Shown here: positions 9,101 through 17,709 of the stretch, one piece after another | Layout of the letters: each line of letters begins with the position of its first letter | Position numbering within the stretch: position 1 is the stretch's first letter | DNA from: Cuniculiplasma divulgatum | GTDB lineage: Archaea; Thermoplasmatota; Thermoplasmata; Thermoplasmatales; Thermoplasmataceae | Reading direction: 5' to 3' | Assembly (NCBI RefSeq): GCF_900083515.1 | Contig: NZ_LT671858.1 | Location: 1,230,001 to 1,262,000, forward strand | Length of the DNA stretch: 32,000 bases | Translations under genes and position numbers: made by a program | The notes under the pieces: model-generated | Told to the model about the DNA's origin: nothing | Database searches by the model: none | What the model saw: the letters and a program-made list of their open reading frames with translations, nothing else

Positions 9101-9507
9101 CTTTGATTAATTATTCCGTAACTGGCAACACCTATTGGTGCAGGTGCTGATGTATATGATGGAAGATAAATTGTTCCTTTTCTATCTGGTTTCTCGGAAA
9201 AATTTGGAGGAAGTTTTGCTATGGCGGGAATCTTCAGTGAATTTAACTTTGATAAAAGACTGCCTTCCATGGATGTCCAGTTGCTTTCAGATGCTATGCT
9301 AACTGCTGAGGTGTTCAGTTTGGGTGTCGTGTATTTTAATTCAGAACTATTTCCTAAATTTTCAGCTGAAGTAAACGTTCCAGTGCTCCCTGCATTAAAA
9401 GGTTGATGATTCTCAGGGAGGGGATTAATAGTAATGTTTGCCATTGAAAGAATCATGATCAAAGTTAACAAAACTACAATGAGTGAAAATGCAAGTCTCC
9501 GTCTCAT
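6166..9507 (-). CDS. Thermopsin-family (peptidase A5) extracellular protein. It is fused to a carboxypeptidase-regulatory-like beta-sandwich, a right-handed beta-helix (PbH1/NosD-like) region and three C-terminal beta-sandwich repeats, and ends in a C-terminal TM anchor.
   Basis: Signal/TM at the N-terminus. Residues about 110-400 match Sulfolobus thermopsin as I recall it: YTSAPAPIGVASYG, SIQLNAIL, YQFWTQNVVDY, LTFIDNIWNFSS, LYYDIGPT, AEMILGGEGGGSN. PbH1-like repeats: IIRNNVISG, VENNEIESAGSGMLIYNN, VWNNSFSN, NNTIYNNEF. Repeats YSITVQESGLPQGTLW and YSVTFAESGLSGGSKWSVNLDG are typical of Sulfolobales/Thermoplasmatales surface proteins. C-terminal TM VMLILYIAISLITGFIVGSAVFY plus RSKK. About 30 N-x-S/T sequons by hand count. 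Confidence 0.85.
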   Translation of the reverse strand: MRRRLAFSLIVVLLTLIMILSMANITINPLPENHQPFNAGSTGTFTSAENLGNSSELKYTTPKLNTSAVSIASESNWTSMEGSLLSKLNSLKIPAIAKLPPNFSEKPDRKGTIYLPSYTSAPAPIGVASYGIINQSGKLTPYSYSTRSFDGQISINTASQLYMDGDSFNSFSIQLNAILNNVTIRGNTGYQFWTQNVVDYSTSTHQLTFIDNIWNFSSPTAVMGSNDIVSGNGTVEPGVLYYDIGPTLNISEPFTLNLYLSSSNYGGENTVFFNYSISHKNSQGLNVLQKGSYDRVQFNSTSGSSSGSMVIPEYTVTGTNLSNNGFIPMDAEMILGGEGGGSNAQFSKMNATMSLKYEKSDGTYSNVRSAYDVGSETGETSTGISEYFMGSTAHLHSGPTFVEPLWNITGSKQGYAIINGTISPSNAFLMIGIGNKINNETAQCSPIQENGRFYLYLNPGTYSVEVLMSYHKPVFFNGMILREGKQYSLGNIKLEYSVSYGIYTPFYASDNSQIKNISVSGEGTDSNPYVVSGIPLSQGSKAGVPDRMNNVFSEVNDYLYPVFYGVFIQNTTAYTVVQNFSGNNQAPSFQISYDTISLNNLLSSFGVTSSNFLQLVFYDSSNLIIRNNVISGWFSSLTYTNYTEYNIPPIAGLMLWNVTHSLVENNEIESAGSGMLIYNNAEMKSNIYVWNNSFSNYNLIPAGALFGAAPIGLIVASSNNTIYNNEFTSTIPIVSLEGRYGNLYTDGEVKYHNRFNITRESVTSSVTFMEQVLSGSIIDSGYTGGNYYYNYFGNGNTMYNGTGVGFVFNGQGLLNGSINYAYDSAPLTRYYYRTTVSATGLPLSQQGQITGYVDINNDILSVGVSGTSIYLPNGSYTATGIALESRQILLEPLFYLGSVRDSSGAFIVSGPMVNLTLKYSLLYSITVQESGLPQGTLWGFSIPAAGEGFISTGSNISFYIVPGIYEFLPQDAYGYEASNIPVVQVTHPEQNITIDYVYSNQLISTYSVTFAESGLSGGSKWSVNLDGTVESSTSSTITFNNLSGGNYTYSITTPSGYSGIKSGSVSLTHSNVYMEISFQKSSAIPVMLILYIAISLITGFIVGSAVFYMRSKK

Positions 9508-9528
9508 GACTCAAAATCGAAAATACAC

Positions 9529-9535
9529 TATTAAA
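9529..9535 (-). promoter_or_regulatory. TATA-like box (TTTAATA on the minus strand) for the thermopsin gene.
   Basis: Centred about 25 nt upstream of the ATG at 9507, in the 73-nt gap after the MoxR operon. The spacing fits a leaderless archaeal mRNA. Confidence 0.35.
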
Positions 9536-9580
9536 GTATTGTGGAACTTAATTGAAAATATTGTCGTTATATTATTCTGA

Positions 9581-10177
9581 TCAGGACTCCTTTTTCACAA
9601 CAGTTGTAATGACAATGACATAGACTATGAAGAACAGAATTATTGCAGGAATTATGCCTATATCGGCAAATGGGGCTCCCTGGACAAGAAGAATTATTCC
9701 TAATCCCCCAAGCATTGACGCAAGAGCAATATAGATAACACTCCTTTCGAAAAAACCCAGTTCTTTCTCTATTTCCTCTCTATCATATCCTGCAGGTATG
9801 AGAGGCGTTTCCACCTTGCTGGCCGTCTCCATCGCCATTATTCCTATGGTTGATAGTACCATTAGAACAAGAAAAAATGAGGTGTTGTATGTTCCCTGAG
9901 AAGATAGCATTGTTAAGGAAGAGAATGATGAATGAAGATATCCACTTGAGAATATCAATGCTACTGGAACAATGAGTATGGGTAAAAATTTTATTGGTGA
10001 AACCTTCTCACTTCCTGTCTTTGCCTTTTGGAACACCGGTATAAGTGAAAGACTGAAAAATAGAAGTATCAATAGATCAAAAACATATCCGATTGAGTTT
10101 GAGGATGCCCTGAAAAATATCAGTACATAGATATACCCAAAAAATACTGTGATCAGTAATGTGAGATTGAATCTCAT
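9581..10177 (-). CDS. Polytopic membrane protein (about 6 TM), last gene of the MoxR/DUF58 operon.
   Basis: Hydrophobic throughout. I prefer the ATG at 10177, which overlaps the DUF58 TAA stop by 1 nt (TAATG), over the track's TTG at 10183. Confidence 0.6.
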   Translation of the reverse strand: MRFNLTLLITVFFGYIYVLIFFRASSNSIGYVFDLLILLFFSLSLIPVFQKAKTGSEKVSPIKFLPILIVPVALIFSSGYLHSSFSSLTMLSSQGTYNTSFFLVLMVLSTIGIMAMETASKVETPLIPAGYDREEIEKELGFFERSVIYIALASMLGGLGIILLVQGAPFADIGIIPAIILFFIVYVIVITTVVKKES

Positions 10178-11478
10178 TACCAACCAGCCTCCATTGCAAG
10201 TCTGTAGGCTGCTCTTCCCAGAGTTTCATTTACGGGGTCCCACTGTATCAGTCTTCCGGATGTACTGCTTAGTCTGTTTTTTGTTAGGTTATAGTTCTTC
10301 ACTGAGAAGACCTTACTCAGTCTCGGATCTGTAAATTTGGCTGCAATGCTTTCTGCCCTTATATCCACTATTGTGGGGATAACCTTAAATCTTGAAAGAT
10401 GTGAAGCTATGGTTTCTATTCTAGATAGATTTCCCCTCTCTAGGCTTGTCATGATCATGACGCTTGGTCTCGTTTCCATCATTATTCTTGTAAGTGAAGA
10501 GCCCAGCCCATTGAATTTTTCAGTAACCCACTTCGATTCAAGAAGTAGGAGACTGAGCCTTATCTGATTGAATGTGTCCATTCCCGAAGAGGGAAGAACA
10601 TACTCATTTCTTTTCAGGTGATTTAGTTTAATAGGCCAGAAACCCACGTTGTAATTTTTAGAGAGCAGGTATTTAGAGCCAGAAAGAACAAGTGTTATGG
10701 CATATTCCAGTGGATTTTCAACACTCGAACCCCTTGACATGAAAGGAGAAACGTCCACGTAAAATATGAAATTCTTTAATCCCTCTCTTTCATAGACGTT
10801 TACCATTAAGTTTTCCTTGTAGGATGTCTTGGCAGAGCTCTTCCAGTTGATGGTTTTAAATGGATCTCCTGGAATGTATTCCCTAATGGATTCAAATTCG
10901 TGGGTTGGTGGACCAGTTCTTGTGACGGAATTTCTAGGCTTAACTCTGTTTGATTTAAGCTGGAACTGGCTTTTCTTAAGCATCTTTATCTGCGGGTCCA
11001 CTTCAATATTATGATCAACTGGAAATTTCAGCAGTTTTTTTCTTTTGTAACCTATTACCGGCTGATATTCGATAAGAATATCAGTCCAGTTAAATATCCC
11101 TCTTCTGGTTGTAACTATGGTATAATCCACTGTTTTTTCCCTTTCATGGAATCCCTTGAAAAAGAGATGCACATTCGTTCCATCGACAATATTCATTTCC
11201 GGGAATGTAGGAAGCTTCATGTTTAGCATGCCGAAACCTTTCTTTGCGGAAATTTTTACCCAGATTTTATATTCATCCCCCACCTTTAAAAATTTAGGAA
11301 TGTCATAATCTATGTCCAGTTTTAGATCCCTCTCCATGTAAGAAAGTAGAAAGATGAATATGACTGGCATAAAAAGAGAACCGAATATTGCTTTCTGTGT
11401 TGATATTATTCCAGCAACTGCTATGAAGGCTGAAACTATTGAAAGGATGAGTATCTGCTTGTTCCATATGCTGTTCAT
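10177..11478 (-). CDS. DUF58 family protein (membrane-anchored, vWA-like, MoxR partner).
   Basis: Two N-terminal TM helices. Canonical DUF58 motif FESIREYIPGDPFKTINWKSSAKTSYKENLMVNVYERE followed by a vWA-like region (FIFYVDVSPFMSRGS). The start ATG overlaps the MoxR TGA by 1 nt (TGATG). Confidence 0.85.
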   Translation of the reverse strand: MNSIWNKQILILSIVSAFIAVAGIISTQKAIFGSLFMPVIFIFLLSYMERDLKLDIDYDIPKFLKVGDEYKIWVKISAKKGFGMLNMKLPTFPEMNIVDGTNVHLFFKGFHEREKTVDYTIVTTRRGIFNWTDILIEYQPVIGYKRKKLLKFPVDHNIEVDPQIKMLKKSQFQLKSNRVKPRNSVTRTGPPTHEFESIREYIPGDPFKTINWKSSAKTSYKENLMVNVYEREGLKNFIFYVDVSPFMSRGSSVENPLEYAITLVLSGSKYLLSKNYNVGFWPIKLNHLKRNEYVLPSSGMDTFNQIRLSLLLLESKWVTEKFNGLGSSLTRIMMETRPSVMIMTSLERGNLSRIETIASHLSRFKVIPTIVDIRAESIAAKFTDPRLSKVFSVKNYNLTKNRLSSTSGRLIQWDPVNETLGRAAYRLAMEAGW

Positions 11479-12455
11479 CAGTTACCTTTTGGTACTTCCA
11501 TCTTATCCAAATATTCCTTCACTATGGCTTCAGGACTTATTTCATCCATAACCTGTTCTGGTTTCAGAATGATCCTGTGTGCAAGGCATTCTATTGCCAC
11601 ATTTTTAACATCATCTGGAATTACATAATCCCTTCCATCTATCATGGCCATGGCCTGAGCAAGTCTCATTAGTGAGATGATTCCTCTTGGGCTTGGTCCG
11701 GCCATTACTCTCTTATCATCCCTTATTTGTCTGAACTGGGAAATATAACTTGTTATCTCATCACTTACTGTTACTTTTTCCGATGTCTTTTGCAGATCTA
11801 TGATCTTCGAAGCATCCATAAGCTTAGTTGCCATTGAACTTGGATCATTTGTTCCCCATAATTTTCTTCTTCTCAATATTTCAAGATCATCCTTTGGATA
11901 ACCGAAAGAAAGCCTGATCATGAATCTGTCCATCTGAGCTTCAGGAAGTGGATAGGTTCCTTCAAATTCGATTGGGTTCTGGGTTGCAATAACGATGAAC
12001 GGTGGAGGAAGCTTAATCGTTTCTCCCTCAATTGTAACCTGTCTCTCCTCCATGGATTCAAGCAGGGCGGCCTGTGTTTTTGGGGGTGCCCTGTTTATTT
12101 CATCTGCAAGTATGAGATTAGAAAATACTGGACCCTTAACCAGTTCAAAGTTTCCGGTGGAAGCTCTCCATATCTTTGTTCCGGTGATATCACTCGGTAG
12201 AAGATCTGGCGTGAATTGAATCCTTTTGAATCCTATCCCAAGAACGTTTGAGAATAACTTTGCAACAAAGGTCTTTCCGATTCCAGGATTATCCTGCAGT
12301 AGTACATGGCCAGAGGCCATTATTGATGCAGTTATCTTCTTCAGTGGATCACTATCACCCACAAAAAACTTTGATATTTCATTAACTATAGAACCTGATT
12401 CCCTCACACTTTCGCTCACTTCTTTTTCTAAGCTGTCATTGTTCATTTTTTTCAC
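11478..12455 (-). CDS. MoxR-family AAA+ ATPase (AAA_3).
   Basis: Walker A LLQDNPGIGKTFVAK, Walker B/sensor region LILADEINRAPPKTQAALLESMEERQVTIEG, ATQNPIEFEGTYPLPEAQMDRF, and a C-terminal lid PSPRGIISLMRLAQAMA. This is the typical MoxR signature set. Confidence 0.9.
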   Translation of the reverse strand: MKKMNNDSLEKEVSESVRESGSIVNEISKFFVGDSDPLKKITASIMASGHVLLQDNPGIGKTFVAKLFSNVLGIGFKRIQFTPDLLPSDITGTKIWRASTGNFELVKGPVFSNLILADEINRAPPKTQAALLESMEERQVTIEGETIKLPPPFIVIATQNPIEFEGTYPLPEAQMDRFMIRLSFGYPKDDLEILRRRKLWGTNDPSSMATKLMDASKIIDLQKTSEKVTVSDEITSYISQFRQIRDDKRVMAGPSPRGIISLMRLAQAMAMIDGRDYVIPDDVKNVAIECLAHRIILKPEQVMDEISPEAIVKEYLDKMEVPKGN

Positions 12456-13566
12456 CCACTGCTCCCATATATTTCAATAAATTTTCTGTAATATTTTTTC
12501 TTCTTGACACTTCATTTTCATAAATCCTGCTATTTCTATTTGCAACTCCAAGCGCGACAGACCTCGGAGGGTTATACTCCATTATCTGCTTCAGCAACCT
12601 CAGGATGAAATCAAGATCCATGCCCCTTTCTGTAAGATACTTTGTTGCTGCTATTATAAGCTGTTCTTTTGCCCCTTCATTCTCAAATGTGCTAACCGCC
12701 TTCCCCATGTATGATATGTCAGAATAAGATGTGAGATTGGAGACTTTCTCAAATTTGTTAAAAGTTGTTAAATTAGTATCTTCCAGCTTTACGGAAGAGC
12801 TTCGGTAAAGCGACTTTACTGCAATAAGTACTCCTATAAGAAGGATAGCTATAAAGAAAACAAGAAAAACGATGGAAAAGGGATTTGGCACAGATTCAAA
12901 GTATAGACCCAGGAATAACCCCATTATAAAGAAAAATGTGCCTATAGAACCTCTAGCGTTCACTATTTGTGAGGATAATATTGAATTCTGTTCGTTTTTA
13001 GAGTCAAGTCCAAAGTAGAAAAAGGATGTAGCAACCATAGCAAGAAAGGCAAAAAGAAGACCGTATGAAATTGCTAGAACTTTACCTATGTCAGTGAAAA
13101 ACGCATACAGGATAAGTAAGAGCAGGGAAGTTGTGAAAGGAGTTATGAACATAGCAAATCTTGGCCATGTTCTGTTTACTCCATCTATCTTTCCCATCTT
13201 CCTTCCTGTAAAGAAAATTGAAAGTGAGATCATTATGGGAAAAAGAGAGGTTTCAAGTGAATAGTATGATGGATTAACTGAATCCAGTAAGGGTGAAAGA
13301 AGAAAGATCCAGAAAAATACAATAAACACAAATGGGAACAAAAGATACCAGAAAGCGTAGTAAATCCCGACTTTTTTTAGTTCCTTAAAGATTCTTCCTA
13401 TGTCATATGCAAATACCAGAATGTCCAGCAAAATTAACAGAGATGCAGTTATAGAAGGAAATGTGAGATATACAGGAAGAATGAGAATTATACCGATCAG
13501 GAACAGGATATAGACAGTTAAATTCTTGCGTGATTTATTCTTTATCTGATTATTTTCCAACAGCAA
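12436..13566 (-). CDS. Polytopic membrane protein (about 8 TM) with a C-terminal soluble helical domain of about 125 aa. Unknown family.
   Basis: 376-aa ORF with a TTG start 3 nt after the upstream stop (TAGGGGTTG). No internal Met occurs before about residue 100. Its 3' end overlaps the MoxR start by 20 nt (11 nt if MoxR uses its second Met). Confidence 0.6.
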   Translation of the reverse strand: MLLENNQIKNKSRKNLTVYILFLIGIILILPVYLTFPSITASLLILLDILVFAYDIGRIFKELKKVGIYYAFWYLLFPFVFIVFFWIFLLSPLLDSVNPSYYSLETSLFPIMISLSIFFTGRKMGKIDGVNRTWPRFAMFITPFTTSLLLLILYAFFTDIGKVLAISYGLLFAFLAMVATSFFYFGLDSKNEQNSILSSQIVNARGSIGTFFFIMGLFLGLYFESVPNPFSIVFLVFFIAILLIGVLIAVKSLYRSSSVKLEDTNLTTFNKFEKVSNLTSYSDISYMGKAVSTFENEGAKEQLIIAATKYLTERGMDLDFILRLLKQIMEYNPPRSVALGVANRNSRIYENEVSRRKNITENLLKYMGAVGEKNEQ

Positions 13567-13569
13567 CCC

Positions 13570-14736
13570 CTACATAAACATTTTTGGATCTTTCATTGCG
13601 TTTTTAAGATACCTAAGGAATTCATAATATTCATTACTATTAATTCTTTTTTGTCCATAATATATCCGTTCGTATAACCTGATCAATTTATCAGCATCAG
13701 CCTTGCTTTTGATCATGTTTTGGAAATCTATTGAATTTTCCAGCTCTCTTAAAGTCCTGTTCTTCAGTGATTTTAGAATATCGTTTCCTAGATTTCCAGT
13801 TAACTGTTTCTGGGCGTCATCTCTGATATTAATTCCCACTATATCCTTTTCTTCGCTTCCATCATCCCAGATGCCCTTTATCATGTTTTTTCCTCTGCTA
13901 ATATTCATCCTGATCTTTCCATGAGTCATATTACCATTCAAATTACTGTCTGATGAATTGATCTGCATATTTTTTTCAATATCTATATCTAATGGACTTT
14001 CGTAGTCCCATATAAGGGGCATATCCTCTGGAATTTCTGGTTTTATGTAACCTTTGCCCTCCCAACCCATGAAATTCTTAAGCTTGAGAATATAGTTCCT
14101 TGACTCGCTATTACTGTAGGTTTTAGTTTCCGGGACAGCCTGGAGAACATCATTCTTTTCATTTCTAGAGTCATATGACTTTTTGTAATCCTTCCCTTCT
14201 CCGTCTTTTTTATTTAACTTCTTTTTTGGCTTTTTACCACTCATTGACTTTATTGCATATACACTCATTATTGCAGCAATTGCAATAACAACTATAATAA
14301 GGAATATTGGATTTAATATGATTTGCTGCAGAACGGTTACTTTATTATTCACACTGCTTGAAGAACCACGACCGCCATGACCTCCTCCACCTCCAGAGGA
14401 TGAGGAAGTTGTATTTGCCTTCGTTAAATTAAAATTCAAAGGAGGTAAAGTAATATTAAATTGTGGCCATTTAATATGGAAATTTGGAATCTTGAAAATT
14501 GAACCTAAATTTAGATTCAGACTGGGTAGCTTAAAGTTGAAATTTGGTAGACTGAATCCAAAGCCGCTTCCTAACCCGCTTCCGGGACCACTTCCTGATC
14601 CGGTTCCACCTCCACTTCCGGACCCACTACCTGGACTGGATGAATGAACTACTGGTACCGATGAAAGTGAAGATATAAGAATCCATGTGACAATTACTAC
14701 TGCAATTATGGATATCACTGCCTTCTTATATCCCAT
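13570..14736 (-). CDS. Bitopic (2-TM) membrane protein. Extracytoplasmic Gly/Ser-rich loop with heptad P-x-F-N-F-x-L repeats, and a cytoplasmic C-terminal DUF4129-like domain.
   Basis: MGYKK plus TM1. Then GSGSGSGGGTGSGSGPGSGLGSGFGF, then PNFNFKL/PSLNLNL/GSIFKI/PNFHIKW/PQFNITL/PPLNFNL, then SSSSGGGGGHGGRGSSSS. TM2 (IFLIIVVIAIAAIMSVYAI) is followed by a Lys-rich segment. The C-terminus TLRELENSI...LIRLYERIYYGQKRINSNEYYEFLRYL resembles the DUF4129 signature (..YE.ARYG...) commonly found in MoxR/DUF58 operons. Confidence 0.6.
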   Translation of the reverse strand: MGYKKAVISIIAVVIVTWILISSLSSVPVVHSSSPGSGSGSGGGTGSGSGPGSGLGSGFGFSLPNFNFKLPSLNLNLGSIFKIPNFHIKWPQFNITLPPLNFNLTKANTTSSSSGGGGGHGGRGSSSSVNNKVTVLQQIILNPIFLIIVVIAIAAIMSVYAIKSMSGKKPKKKLNKKDGEGKDYKKSYDSRNEKNDVLQAVPETKTYSNSESRNYILKLKNFMGWEGKGYIKPEIPEDMPLIWDYESPLDIDIEKNMQINSSDSNLNGNMTHGKIRMNISRGKNMIKGIWDDGSEEKDIVGINIRDDAQKQLTGNLGNDILKSLKNRTLRELENSIDFQNMIKSKADADKLIRLYERIYYGQKRINSNEYYEFLRYLKNAMKDPKMFM

Positions 14737-14757
14737 ATTTAGTTATGCAGAATTCGC

Positions 14758-14765
14758 AATATAAA
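14758..14765 (-). promoter_or_regulatory. TATA-like box (TTTATATT on the minus strand) for the five-gene MoxR operon.
   Basis: Starts 29 nt upstream of the ATG at 14736, inside the 250-nt divergent intergenic region. Confidence 0.35.
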
Positions 14766-14914
14766 TTTTTGTTTCTTTTTAGTGGAAATAGTTGAACTCT
14801 TCATCCATCATCGCCTTTCGAAAAACATTGACCGGTTATTTTAAAAAGTACTTAATAGTTCGAATTTTTAAAAACTTGTAAATTATGGTTAGAAATTGTC
14901 TATCAAACAGTGAT

Positions 14915-14935
14915 ATCGGATGATTGTTATCCGAT
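14915..14935. promoter_or_regulatory. Perfect 7-bp inverted repeat ATCGGAT-N7-ATCCGAT, a candidate transcription-factor site.
   Basis: Read directly from the sequence. It lies just upstream of the TATA-like box at 14954-14962 in the divergent promoter region. Confidence 0.2.
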
Positions 14936-14953
14936 GTCCTGTTTATTCGTAAT

Positions 14954-14962
14954 AAATATATA
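14954..14962 (+). promoter_or_regulatory. TATA-like box (AAATATATA) for the PH-like/zinc-ribbon gene.
   Basis: Centre about 29 nt upstream of the ATG at 14987. Confidence 0.35.
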
Positions 14963-14986
14963 TGTATGTAACGTATTGTCTTTTTA

Positions 14987-15622
14987 ATGATTGTACTTGA
15001 ACCAGATGAAAATGAAATTCTCGAAGAGAAGAGCGTTATGATACAGAATGGCGCACGAGTAGAGGATGGAAAACTACATGTAACTAATAAGAGAATCATT
15101 TATGAAAAAATTGGAGAGCGAAGATTAAGAAGGGCTGAGGCTTCAAAGATATTTCTTGAAATTCCAATGTATGATATTCTCAATGTTTCTTCGGCAGTTC
15201 CAAAAATGAGTCTCCTTACAAAAAAGAAACTTGCTGTGGAATTTAGAAAAGATGGGGACATGCAAACTGTTGAATTTGAAATAAAGAAGCCAGAGGGAAT
15301 AGTAGATATTATAAAGAACTGGGCAACCACCTCGAAGAGAGACCACGAAGATAGATTGAAGCAGGAAGACCAGGAAAGATTTAGAAGGGAACTGGAAATG
15401 GCAAAGGCTAAATCGAACAAAAGTAACGTTAATGTTATAAGCTTTGGAAGAAATGGCAATCAGCCGAGTTCCTCAAATAAGGATACAGACATAGTTCGTG
15501 ACAACAAGGCAAATCTTCCAAGACCGGCTGAAACAGTGGAAGTTTGCCCTGAATGTGGTAGTTATATTCCCGAAGGTAGCAAATTTTGCCCTGAATGTGG
15601 ATATAAGGTAAAAAAATCCTAA
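14987..15622 (+). CDS. PH/GRAM-like domain protein with a charged linker and a C-terminal double-CPECG zinc ribbon.
   Basis: The N-terminus contains GKLHVTNKRIIYEK, the G.L.lTN.R.I pattern of GRAM/bacterial PH-like domains. The C-terminus is CPECGSYIPEGSKFCPECG. Confidence 0.6.
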   Translation: MIVLEPDENEILEEKSVMIQNGARVEDGKLHVTNKRIIYEKIGERRLRRAEASKIFLEIPMYDILNVSSAVPKMSLLTKKKLAVEFRKDGDMQTVEFEIKKPEGIVDIIKNWATTSKRDHEDRLKQEDQERFRRELEMAKAKSNKSNVNVISFGRNGNQPSSSNKDTDIVRDNKANLPRPAETVEVCPECGSYIPEGSKFCPECGYKVKKS

Positions 15623-15750
15623 ACAGGCACATAAAAGTTAACTAATAGCCTGTGCCAGTATTTTACAAATTTATTCCAATAATGGTATGATGCATCATTT
15701 TTTAAAAAAAATCAAGCAAAATCTTAATACTGAAATTTCCATAATGAAGA

Positions 15751-17698
<1,948 letters not shown>

Positions 17699-17709
<11 letters not shown>

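Noticed and set aside
6249-9406. ORFs of 61-90 aa inside the thermopsin gene: one on the same minus strand in another frame (6249-6521), the others on the plus strand (6970-7218, 8320-8632, 9221-9406).
   Set aside because: All lie entirely within the 1113-aa CDS, which has strong family motifs. This is typical shadow or alternative-frame ORF composition.
10149-14000. Plus-strand ORFs of 61-84 aa across the MoxR/DUF58 operon (for example 10337-10567, 11995-12219, 12226-12480, 13703-13924).
   Set aside because: They are antisense to five tightly coupled genes, two of which (MoxR, DUF58) are unambiguous. There is no independent support.
15688-15734. Possible C/D-box sRNA: ATGATGC (C-box-like) followed about 40 nt later by CTGA (D-box-like) in the spacer upstream of lonB.
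   Set aside because: The C box is imperfect (last base C, not A). There are no internal C'/D' boxes and no terminal pairing. The interior is a T6A8 tract, better explained as a terminator/promoter A/T element.
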